NCBI GenBank assembly: GCA_043228905.1
Contig: JBHGNT010000014.1
Location: 2,852,001-2,916,000, forward strand
Length of the DNA: 64,000 nt
DNA from: Azolla caroliniana
Lineage: Eukaryota > Plantae > Polypodiophyta
Direction: 5' to 3'
The position numbers were made by a program, and so were the translations under genes. This document shows positions 11,556 to 22,487 of this stretch, piece by piece; within the stretch, counting starts at the first letter, position 1; each line of letters begins with the position of its first letter. The notes below the pieces were generated by a model, which was not told where the DNA came from, did no database searches, and saw only the letters and a program-made list of their open reading frames with translations.

Positions 11556-12709
11556 TCGTTTAACTCTTCATCTAATTGACTAAGGATTTCAAATTTATTT
11601 GAGATACTTGGGCTATTAGTACTATGAATACTATCTGACACTCTATTAGTACTATTACTACTATCAGACACTCCGAAGGGAAGAATTGACTCAGGTTTAG
11701 TACAGGCGACAATTTGATTTACCTGTCTCCTTGGCCTATGGGGACAATTGATGGCGATATGTCCTGGTCCACCGCAATAAAGGCATAATCGATTGGCACG
11801 TCGTCGTTGCTTTTCTTCTTCCGATAACGGGCCGCGTCGACGCATGGTATCGATCTCCATCGGTGTCGAAGTATTTGCTTGAGGTATGTCTCGTGCAAAC
11901 GGTTTAGCCGCGACTGCGGCGTAAGTGGGCTCTGGCCTAGAGCGTGGTATCTGTAATTGACGTTCTGAACGCCGTTCAAAAAGGCGGTTGTCACATCGAA
12001 CTGCTCGACTGATTGCCTCCGTAAGGGACTTTGGTTCTTCGGGGAAAGTTAGAAGTAGATCTTTGACATCGTTTCGCAAGCCATAGCGAAACTGCTCCAT
12101 TAGTGCTTGATCATCCCAGGGTATATCTGAAGCAAGTAGGCGGAAATCCGCCGCGTAGGCAGAGGCTGGACGATCGCCTTGACGCAATCGCCGGATCTTG
12201 TTGATCGCCGTCCTGATGCTGTCGGTGTCTCCAAAGCAGGCTTTAAACTCACCAATAAAATCTTCAAAGTTATTAAGCAAGGGCGATTGTTTTTCTAGAA
12301 GCGGAGCGAACCATGCCAAGGCTGAGCCGCTAAGTAGCGTGCCTATTAGGCCGACTCGAGATGCATCAGTGGGATATCGGGAAGGATGCATCTGGATGAC
12401 TAAGCGTACCTGATTAAGGAATCCCCGAAATTGCGAACGCGTTCCATCAAATTTCACAGGAAGTCCAATCTTGGGCTCTTTATGAAATCCTTGGGGACTG
12501 GATCCTTGTTGTTGCAACGCTGCTTCGAGTTGTTGTACCCGTAACGCTAACTCCCCATGTTGTTGTTGCGTTTGTTGTTTTTCTAGAGCGATTTGTTGCA
12601 GATCCCCTATCAGCCGTTGGTTTTCTTGTTCCAAGGCAACAAACTTTTCTTTTAGGCACTGTAGCTCGGAGAAAACGGATTGGTATTCTTGGGCGCTAAC
12701 AGTAGCCAT
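11552..12709 (-). CDS. gag (PEG10/sushi-like capsid + CCHC zinc knuckle)
   Basis: PVKFDG...RGFL, LRQG, CLYCGGPGHIAINC. Confidence 0.95.
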   Translation of the reverse strand: MATVSAQEYQSVFSELQCLKEKFVALEQENQRLIGDLQQIALEKQQTQQQHGELALRVQQLEAALQQQGSSPQGFHKEPKIGLPVKFDGTRSQFRGFLNQVRLVIQMHPSRYPTDASRVGLIGTLLSGSALAWFAPLLEKQSPLLNNFEDFIGEFKACFGDTDSIRTAINKIRRLRQGDRPASAYAADFRLLASDIPWDDQALMEQFRYGLRNDVKDLLLTFPEEPKSLTEAISRAVRCDNRLFERRSERQLQIPRSRPEPTYAAVAAKPFARDIPQANTSTPMEIDTMRRRGPLSEEEKQRRRANRLCLYCGGPGHIAINCPHRPRRQVNQIVACTKPESILPFGVSDSSNSTNRVSDSIHSTNSPSISNKFEILSQLDEELND

Positions 12710-13299
12710 AGTATAGGGGAAAGGGTAGGAGGATGAGGGAGAGTGACAAGTAGGCTAGAGGAAAAAATTGGTTCAAACTGTCAGGAATAGTACTAAAACA
12801 GAGATGGAATTAGTACTAAGAAGAGTAGTACTATTAGTACTAAGAGGACGGGACTGCGTAAGATTCCCGAGAGAGAGGAAGTGAGAAGAGGAGAGAGAGA
12901 GAGATAGGATGATGACAGCAGCTCTTATATTATATGAAAGATAAGTACAAATCGACTAAGAGGCTTAAGACTGGTGTTGAACCAATTTGGTTCAACACAA
13001 TGCTTAGTGCCTTCTTTTATAGTGTTCTCAGGAATAATCCTGAAGCTTCTAGAATGTTCCAGAGAAATCTGGAATATACATTACTTTCTTATAATAAAAC
13101 ATAAATGAAAATAATATTCTATGAATTACAATAGATGGTGAGATGGTTAAGAGCTCGACCCATATACCATAAGGTCATGGGTTCGAGTCTTGCCATCTCA
13201 TGACAGAGGCCAAGTGGTGCATGTGTGTCCACATTCGTCGTCTCCCCTTGTCCCTGAAAAACTTCATTTGTTAGATGTTGGTGATTCTTAGAAATGTTA

Positions 13300-13600
13300 T
13301 CATCGACATAGAGGAACCGAGTATGTCTCGATATTTTGCCCTTATCTCGGCATAAGTTGGACACTTGCATGTAAAGTGGTACTCATGCTCTATCTCAATG
13401 TGACATAATCTATATATATCATTTCCTTTCTAGGGACGCCATTAGTACGACCATTCTCAATCTCAAGGTGGTGATGTGATATTCTAAGTTCTCCAATGGC
13501 AACCCTTAGTCCATTTGGTAAGAATGCATCTAGATATTTTGGTTGTGTAATAAAACCTAACTTAGAGAAATACATGAAGGGTTCCTTATTGATGAAGAGA
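13300..13600 (-). mobile_element. Degenerate LINE 3' ORF fragment
   Basis: LRISHHHLEIENGR resembles the R-x-S-x-H-x-L-x-I-E-x-G-R motif at the C-terminus of RTE/CR1-like ORF2. Confidence 0.6.
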
Positions 13601-14235
13601 GAGAGAAAAAAGATAGAGAAGAGAAGAGGAGGAAAAAAAAATACTTCAATATACTATTAAGAAAAGAATACAATCCTCTTAAACACCAAGTGGAACAACC
13701 CCAAATAACTACTTCAATATACTATTACTAAAATAGTCTTTTTGCCTTCTCTCTTTCTTCTACTAATCGTCTTCCCACTTCTTCTAATCTTCTTCTTCTT
13801 CCTCACTTCTTCTTCTTCACTTCTTCTTGTAGATCTTCTATCCTTCCTTGTAGATATTCTATTCTTCCTCCATCCCCCATATTGCTAAGAATACCGCATA
13901 TTTATAGGTTTTTAGTTGCGTTATTCTTGCTTTTTCCTTTTCTTTTCTTTTACATATCCTCGAGTTTGTGTGGTGCGTTTTTCATATCATTATTTTTGGT
14001 TTGTCATCCAAATTTATCATACAAGAAAGCTCTCTTTGTCAACTTTCGCACAAATCTTTTCTTTTGAAATTTGTATAAGAGATGAAGAAGTTATGAGCTT
14101 TTTTCTCTACCTTGCCTTTTCTACTTAATTTCCCGCGTTTTTCTTCTTTTTCTATTTTTTTTTGCTTTTTCTACTTTTGAAAAACGCCTCTAACTTTATT
14201 TCTCTTCAATTTCATTTATCTTTTAACTCTTGGAT

Positions 14236-14429
14236 TGTAAGGCTTGTGGGAACTGCGTTTCCTCCATTGTTGGTAGAGCCTCTTGCAGTGTACCCATGGC
14301 GAAGGAATTATTGTGTTGTGTGCGGGCCAGGGCGAGAACGCAAGCTACCACTTGCTCGATGTTGTTTTGAAAGAAGTCCGTAAGCACCAATGTTGTGCGT
14401 AGAGGCTCCCGAAGGCCGGCGAGGAACGT
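14236..14429 (-). pseudogene. Degenerate gag fragment related to the element at 15872-31137
   Basis: Manual translation FLAGLREPLRTTL...MGTLQEALPT matches FLNALREPLRTV...LGTLQRALPT in ORF 16547. Confidence 0.7.
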
Positions 14430-15871
14430 TGTCGCGAAGATTCGCGCGTGCGTGTGCTACTCGAGCGACCACCGGGGTCTTGGACTGGGGAGGATGTTTG
14501 CGGAATTATCGAAGAGATGACGATCAATGTAAGATTAGACGAAATTTGTTCACTTGAGAAGAAGAAAGCTTGTACACTTGAGAAGTAGAAAAATATGAAG
14601 AAGATAAAGACAAATATAATTATATTGATGATAATGGTGTTGGTGATATCACATATTGAGCCCCCCTTACACAAGCCCAACTAGAGGCTTTTATAGGTCT
14701 TTCCATGCTCGTGACATGCACAAACCCATGGGCTAAAACCATGGTTTTGTGCACACGGTTTTGCTTATGTCATGCACAAACCATGGGTTTAAAACCATGG
14801 TTTTGTGCACATGGTTTTCTATGGTTGTTTCGTCTATAATTTGTATATGAAAAGGAAATACATAAAAGCTACACTATATGATAGTTGTCCTAGTGGTAAG
14901 GCAATTATCTTGTATCTTAGAGGTGCAAGGTTCAATCCTTGCTTGCACCCCTCTGTATGAACTCAAGTGCCACTAGGCCTTAGGAGGCTTATTTGCTAAG
15001 TGTATGTGCAATGTTGCACATCCTTGGTTTATTCGTCTCACTCGGTTTCACACCGTAGCCGAAAATCGTCACGACATCCACCCCCACCAAACCCGCACAT
15101 CCTCCGGTATGTGCCGAGAAAGGTGAAGAGGTGAGATCTTTGGCAACGGTGATCAACCGAGTTCCTCTGCACGCTCGTCGTCCTAGTCTGACTTCGTCTT
15201 CCACTTCGAGTATGCACAATCTTTCCAACCAAACCACCGTAGCCACCCGATCCAACATATCCGGCGCTCACACCTTCTTCCCCGATCGGTTGTAGTAGAT
15301 CTACCGAACGATGTCGTCGATACGACCGCTCTTCCTTCGTCCACCGCGCTTGTCCTTCGATTGGGTTCCTGGCCACTCCTCACGCTCACCGTCTTCAACC
15401 GGGTGTTGTGGATCATTCGTGTCCATCTTCGATTTTGCCAGGTTTGCCCTTCTCCGGATCGGTCTCTGCCGATCGCTTCTTGGCTCGGTTGGCTTTCGTC
15501 TACATTCGCATTTCCCCGAGTCGGGCTCGACCGATTGATTCTGGCTCGGTCGACCCCCTTTTGGATTGGAATTGTTCGATCGATTTCCGCCGAATCAGGT
15601 TTCAACCGGGTCGGCCCCGGTCGATCGGCTCCCATGTGGATCTTCCTTCGTTCGGGCCGGACTCTCGTCCGGATCGTCTTCCGGTTCGACCGGTTCTCGA
15701 CTCTTCCTTCCTCCCCGCATGTAACCTCTCCATCGAACTCAACCACGGCTTCATCCTTGGCCTGCTCGTCGGCCATATCCTTCCCTCCGTGTATGCTCGC
15801 TGCGAGCCATATTGTCTCCTCTTCGCCACCTCCTTTATCTTCGGTCTTATGCCGACACACGGTCTCGACTG
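14430..15871 (-). mobile_element. 3' end (3' LTR + PPT + 3' region) of a Ylt1-like Gypsy element (family C)
   Basis: LTR 14430-15076 (TGTCG...CGACA), PPT TCCACCCCCACC at 15077 and the CATCCTCCGGTATG motif shared with family A 3' ends. Confidence 0.8.
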
Positions 15872-16312
15872 TGTTACCGGCCGGCAAGGAGTCCAAAATA
15901 CGGAGTGAAGGAATTAATTAAGTATGGTTGTAATAAGCATAGTGTGGACAGACGGACTGGAAACGGTATGCCGTTCCAGATCCGTACGGATCCCGAATAG
16001 GTGCGAGAGGCACCGTTTTGTACTACGGGCCGGAAACCTATTTAAAGGCCCGGACCCCATTGTAATCGCAGCGGATAATTAATAGAGCTTATGATGTTTG
16101 TACTTCTGTCTTGATTTCCGTTCTGTAATTATTGTTATACCTTACGCGTGTAATTAACCAAAGCATTCTAATCGTGTAACCTACGTAAGTCGGTGTAATC
16201 GTTGAATCTTAATCCTATGCCGTAATCACCCTTTGGTGAAGTGTCTCCGTGACACCTTGTGTTAGGCCTTGTCCGGCCAGCGAATAACCGAACGCCTGCT
16301 GGAGGCGCTGGC

Positions 16313-16510
16313 AAGCGGAGGAAAAGAAACTAACAAGGATTTCCCTAGTAGCTGCGAGCGAACCGGAAAGAGCCCAGCTTGGAAATCGTGCGGCCTCGCC
16401 GTGCGAATTGTAGTCTGGAGAGGCGTCCTCTGCGACGGACCGAGCCCAAGTCGGACCTCAGATCAGGCGAGACTACCCGCTGAGTTTAAGCATATCACTA
16501 AGCGGAGGAA
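16313..16510 (+). rRNA. Non-functional, circularly permuted fragment of the 26S (LSU) rRNA 5' end
   Basis: 16313-16452 = AAGCGGAGGAAAAGAAACTAACAAGGAT...CCCAAGTC (LSU nt about 49-188); 16454-16510 = GACCTCAGATCAGGCG...ACCCGCTGAGTTTAAGCATATCACTAAGCGGAGGAA (LSU nt about 1-59, with LR0R- and ITS4-like primer sites). Confidence 0.93.
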
Positions 16511-18352
16511 GAAGAACGCTCGAAGATAGCCGAATTCGGAGTCACGTTGGAGGGACCAGCGACACGATGGCGGCGGACGCAGGACCCGGCGACCATCACA
16601 ACCTTTGCAGAATTAAAAGCAAAATTCTTGCATTTTTTCCACAAGGAGGTCGACCAGACGACAATGGTGGGCCTGTTTTATACGATCCGACAGGAGGCAG
16701 GGGAAAGCATTCCCCAATTCGTCATCCGTTTCCAACGAATGCATAGCCAGCTTGCCCGTGCACCCCCGGAGGAGGAATTACGGACGATATTTTTAAACGC
16801 ACTCCGGGAACCATTACGCACGGTGTGTACGGTGATCGACTTTCGAGGATGCACCATCGACCAGGTCATTGACCGGGTCAGAGAAATGGAAAAGACAAGC
16901 TCATGGCTTACGCTGGGAACACTGCAACGGGCGTTACCCACCGAGGAAGATCTCCGGTTCCGGCAGGCAATTCAATGCACAATCTGCTTGAATGCCGGAC
17001 ACTCGGCAGTGGAGTGCACCATGCGAACCCAGTGTGTGATTTGTCAATCCAAGAGTCATACAACGGACCGGTGCGAGTATAACCTGTTAAACCGACAAGC
17101 ACCACCCGTCCGACGGATCGAGCCAAGAAGCAGCCGAGACGAAGATGACGATCGTTGGCAAAGAATGAACCGGTACCCACCGGCACATGATGTCCGGTAC
17201 GGGGACAGGCAAGAGAATGATGGCCGGTACGGGAATCGGCGTGATAACTACGACCGGTATGAGCGATCGGACCGTTATCGGGAGCCCAACAGACGACACG
17301 AGCAATACGACAGAGACCATTCCCCTGGTTACCGAAGACACCAGGAGGACTACGGCCGATTCTACGATCCACCACGACCGGACTACCGAAATAAAAATAA
17401 GAATAATAAGAAACGTAATTTCAAGAAAGGTGGTCACACTAGGGACCCGGAACATGGAACCCCAAGGAGCCAACCGGCACAGAACGCACCACTCACTACG
17501 GGACCGACTCCGGATACCAGCAAAGCTGAATCCAGCAATAACCGTAAAGAGTACTGCTATTACTGCAGGCAGGAAGGCCACTACAGTAACCAGTGCCCGG
17601 CAAAGAGCTACGATAAACGACCAGCAGTTAATATGGTGGTTCCGGAAGTGACGGATGTACAGCAAGTAACCACACGGTCGAAAGGCATGGCCAAAGAGTG
17701 GGAAACACAAGAGGCCATACGAAAACAGGCGACGGAATGGGTGAAGGAAGCCAATGAAAGGAACGTCGCGGACGCGGAACGGCAAAAGGCGAATACCATA
17801 GGGAGTGCCGGCGGTAGCCACCCAGAAAACGAGACATGGCAAGCACTGCAAGAATGTCAGATCACGTTACCATTAGGAAGACTCTTGCAGCTCGTGCCGC
17901 GATTCACAGAAGGACTAAAAACGGTCATGACAGACGGTATAGCCTCGCCGGGACCAGTCCTCTTCTCGAATCCGGAGGAGGGACCGACGGTGGTGGACAC
18001 TAGTAGTCCGGTAATTACAGCTATTGTCAAAGGGCACGAACTTCCCGGCACAGTAATCGATGGAGGTTCCGGGGTGAACGTAATAAGCCTCCGCACGTGT
18101 GATGCCTTGGGTATACATGAATGGGAGCCATGTCCGTTTTGGCTACGGATGGCGGATACGAGCTCTGTACGGCCGACGGGCTTAATACGGAAATTGGAAG
18201 TCACCATAGGAGGCCACACATTTCACATCTCGGCTGTAGTGCTGCAGCTACAGGCGCAAGGCGCGTACCCACTGTTGCTGGGCAGACCATGGTTGAAAAC
18301 AGCACACCGTTCCAATGGACAGATACGGAGGATAAGGCATACAATGCCCTGA
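16502..18352 (+). pseudogene. gag-protease, N-terminus lost or disrupted
   Basis: Retrotrans_gag-like region (LEGPATRW), three CCHC knuckles, protease IDGGSGVN and LLGRPWL. Confidence 0.88.
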
Positions 18353-20280
18353 AGGTACTTTTGTCGCAAGCACCCGTCGTGCAACCTCCGGATTGGAGCA
18401 AGGAATTTCATGTGTTCGTTGACGCTTCCGACATCGCTATCGGCAGCGCCTTAATGCAACTTACGGAGCCCAAATGGTACCGGCCGGTATATTACGCCAG
18501 CCGGAAGCTGTCCCAAGCGGAGAAGAACTATTCAACGACGGAACGGGAGGCCCTAGGCATGATCTACAGTGTAACAAAGTTTCGGCATTACCTATTGGGA
18601 AGGAAGTTCTCCTTTCATGTGGATCACTCGGCGCTCCTGTACTTAGTGTCCAAGGCGTCCCTGACCGGTAAGTTGGCCCGTTGGACCTTGCTGTTGCAGG
18701 AGTTCGAATTCGAGATTTTCCACCGGCCCGGTATCCAGCATGCCGTAGCAGACTATCTGAGCCGATTAGAGTCCGGAGAACCAGGCGACGGAGTAGCGGA
18801 TGAATTCCCGGACGCAGAGTTATTCCGTATCACCCCGGAAACGGCAGCGGACGACACGGTGGCATCAGAAGATAGGTGGCTGACAAACATGCACCAGTTC
18901 CTAAGCACGGGCCTGCCACCGGAGGAAATGAACCGGGACGAGAGGAAACGACTGGCGGTGCAGAGCCGCAATTTCTGTCTGTTACGGGACACTCTCTACC
19001 ACAAGGGAGCAGATGGAATATGGAGACGGGCAGTCCGTAGTGACGAGAAAGAAGTAATCTTACGGGAAGCACACTGTGGGGTTGCCGGAGGACACTATGC
19101 CGGGGAAGCGACGGCAAGGAAAGTATGGCAGAGCGGCTTATGGTGGCCCACGACGTTAAAAGACGCCGTCAAGTATGCTAAGGAATGTGACCTATGCCAA
19201 CGAATGGGCCAGCCTACGGAGCAAGCACGGATGCCACACCAACCGGTACTTCCACTAGAGCCATTCCAGAAGTGGGGGTTGGATTTTGTCGGACCATTCA
19301 AGCCACCGGCAATGAGAACGGGTAATCGTTATGTCATCGTGGCAACGGATTATTGCACTAAATGGGTGGAGGCTAAGGCCTTGAGAGACAATACCGCGGC
19401 ATCCACAGCCAAATTCCTGTACGAGAGCATTTGGTGCCGATATGGATGTCCGATTGAATTAATCAGCGACCAAGGAGGGCACTTCCTCGGCCAGGTAGTG
19501 GAAAGCTTAACAACGTTCTATGCCGTGGTCCATAAACGGAGCACACCGTACTACCCACAAGCGAACGGGTTAGCAGAGTCCACCAACAAAACGCTGCAGA
19601 ACATTCTCCGCAAAATCGTCAATGAAAACCGGACGGACTGGGATACAAAGCTCCATAGCGCGCTATGGGCGTACCGAACGGCATACAAAACAAGTATCCG
19701 GACAACGCCGTTCCGGTTAGCATTCGGCTTAGAAGCGGTCATGCCGGTCGAGTTTCAGGTACCAAGCTTACGGATCCAACTACGGGAACGGCTGAATGAA
19801 AAGAAGTCGGAGGAAATGCGGCTAGCAGCACTATGCGAACTGGAGGAGCAACGGCTGGCCAGCATCCTACACATGGAACTGGAGCAACGACGACGGAAAG
19901 CGTTCGTTGACCGTCACCGGAAAGGTAATGAAAAGATGTTCGAAATCGGAAAGCCGGTGCTAGTATTCCAAACAAGGATGGGCAAGATGCTGGGTAAACT
20001 CCGGTTCAGATGGACAGGCCCGTATTGGCTGACACGGGAATACAACGGGTCCTATCAGATAGGGACACTTGCCGGTGAAGTACTAGGCAAGTGGGTGAAC
20101 GGATTTAGACTAAAGCCCTATAAAGGACCGATGCCAAGTAACCCGTTTATGCAGCTCACCGGCACTATACCGGGAACGGTACGACTGGAAGAAAAAGACG
20201 AGGCAAAGGCAAAGGCAAAGGAAGACACGGCAACCCGTAAGGAAAACGGTAAGGGTCCGAAGGGACCTACGGATGTGTAA
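18306..20280 (+). pseudogene. RNase H-integrase part of pol (RT deleted)
   Basis: PFQW...VDASD...YYASRKL, HHCC zinc finger, WGLDFVGP, GKLRFRWTGPY; no YxDD domain between protease and RNase H. Confidence 0.9.
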
Positions 20281-20648
20281 GATCACATACCGTCATTTTA
20301 AAAAAAAAAAAAAAAAAGAAATCATTAAAAATCGAGGTATGAACGGACGTGAAAGCAAGGAGCGAAAAGGTACGAAGTGGGCATTTAAGAGCCGCCACGC
20401 TACTTAATACTAAATTGGTACACGACGTGTGCATGCTCGAAAAAGGCGCCAAAACGCACAAAGAAGAAGCAGAATGCATGGAGACCTTTTCATTTCGCGA
20501 GCCAAGAAGCACAGAAGCACCAAGGCAGTGGAAGCTGAGCAAACGCGAACCTGCACACAGAGAACCCCCACGTTCGGAACGCTCTCTCTCTCGCTCTCAC
20601 TCTCATCACCACTCTACCTCGCCATCTTCCCTCGACCTCGAAGCAGAC

Positions 20649-21612
20649 ATGGAACCACAAACGCTGTCGGAAGCGGCCAGGAAATGGTTCAGGCAACACG
20701 GACTGGAGGGGTTCTTGGCCATCATGGAGGCACCGCCGCACAGAGAAGCCGACCGGGTCATCAAGGAGCTCGCCACAGAGGTCATCACCGAGGAAGCGAT
20801 CCGTGCGCTAACAGGCCTTCCGGAGGGAGGTATCTTCCAGATCGATAACCCAACCTCGGAGCAACTCATCCGATATTTCGGTGAGTACTCTGTTGCCGGC
20901 AAAGGCTATCGGACGCAGGGCGGCGAAGATCCGCTATTCAGGGAGATAGCTCGAGTGCTCCATGAGTACGGCCACGTGTACCCCCGACCCCCTGTCATGC
21001 CAAAAAATCGGGCAGGGATGATCATAGCCACCTATGAAGGGATCAAGGTGGACTGGCCGGTGTTGATTGCAGACGGGTTGTGCGTGGCAATCGACATGGT
21101 ACGAGGAAAGGACGGCAAGGAGGGCCGGAAGCTGTGGCATGCCGTAGCTCAGTGGATAACATTGCTCGTGCCGCCGGTCGAGACCGTTCAGCCAAAGAAG
21201 CGGCCAAGAGTATCGGAAGGAAGCACCTCGAAGCCGGCGTCCAAACGACAGCAGCTGCTGGCATCGAAGGCGACGAAAGGGAAGAAACGGCTCTCAGAAC
21301 CGGAGGAGGTGTCACCGGTCCGACCCGTTAAGATAACCATACGGCGACCGGGACAGAAGGAACCGGAACCCTTGACGGCACAGAAACATGCCGTTACACA
21401 GGAAGAGGAAACGGAGGAGCCAGAAGAGCACCTCCAACGACGGTCAAGAAGTAGGACCGCCGAGACAGGGGGGAGCGGTCGTACCCGCGAGAGGCAGAGA
21501 CGCCCCCAACTCAACCTGAGCAAACCACAAGGGAGGAACCGGAACCGGTGCGTAGGGAACCGGCCTTGTCGACTTCTATAGAAGAAGTCATTCCAACGGT
21601 TCCGGAGACCGC
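20649..21612 (+). pseudogene. Extra ORF, N-terminal part (plant-transposon/PMD-like domain), one frameshift
   Basis: ITEEAIRALTGLPEGG and VDWPVLIAD motifs; joins in frame with 28933 when the nested element is removed. Confidence 0.65.
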
Positions 21613-22487
21613 TGTCGAGATATTACGCAAGTGCGTGTGGAATCGAGGCGGGACCGCGGGGGTCTCGAACCAAAGAGCAAGCGAGGGAGGAGAAAGAGAG
21701 AGAACCGGCTACGCAGGACCGGGGATACACAGGGACACGGCCCTTCAGCACGGAGAACGCGAACAGACACCGACACAGACAGATGCGAATGACCAAATAT
21801 GTGTATTAACAAAATGGCTAACACGACTACAACCCTCGATGGGGCACAGGTTGGTTGCAACCGAACAGGCCGGCGAACAGATGCCGATGCCTGTTCGCTT
21901 CGACGCACAAACGGGGGGGGGGGGGGTAGCAGGTCAGAGGTGCTGCCGGAAGCACTCGGGCGTTCCTCGAAACAGCGCGAGCCTCCTCGGAACCCTGCAC
22001 AGAAAGCTATGGAGCTCAAGAAGGAAGGAAACAGAGAGAGAGAAGCGTCCAGAAACGGTCCGACAGCACTTCCTCCTCTCCGCGCGAGATCCCCTGCAAC
22101 AGGTTTTTCCAGCTCTTATATAGCCCGACGAGCAGGCCGTCCTGTCAGCTTTATTCCCTGTCCCTTTCGAACAGGGATCCGCTCCGTTCTTCACGCATCC
22201 GCGTAGTTACGCCGCCGACTCGTGCCGTCCCTTAGCTCGCGCGCGCGACCGAAAAGACTGTTCGCGCGGTCTTTGTCTCCACCTATGTTAGGGCCCGTTC
22301 CTGCCGATTATCCTCCTAACTCGCTTCTTCGTACAACTTGGAGCTCGCGCGCGTGAAGAACCGGTTCCCACGCCTAGGTGCTCCGATTCCGCCTATGGAC
22401 GGTTTTCTTCACGACATCCGCCCCCACCTAACCGCGCATCCTCCGGTATGCGCCAAGAGAGTTGGGACGGAGAAAACCGGCCCGTCT

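Larger units (their letters stand above)
7545..13205 (-). mobile_element. Intact chromovirus LTR retrotransposon (Tcn1/Tf1-sushi-like)
   Basis: 427-bp LTRs 7545-7971 and 12779-13205 with no difference seen, TSD GAGGC (7540-7544, 13206-13210), PPT at 7972-7989, open gag and pol, C-terminal chromodomain. Confidence 0.97.

Noticed and set aside
15077-15871. Overlapping ORFs in the family C 3' region as a novel gene
   Set aside because: GC-rich and open in several frames, with no motif and truncated; cannot be supported without homologues.
16292-16310. ACGCCTGCTGGAGGCG as a 5.8S 3'-end copy, or TGGAGGCG as a PBS
   Set aside because: The match is short and gapped, and the segment also reads as plausible gag coding (ERLLEALASG).
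16313-16510. Functional rDNA locus
   Set aside because: Only about 200 nt, in permuted order, with no 18S, 5.8S or ITS context.
20300-20317. Poly(A) tract as a retrocopy tail
   Set aside because: No TSD or associated insert; it lies in the spacer between pol and the extra ORF.
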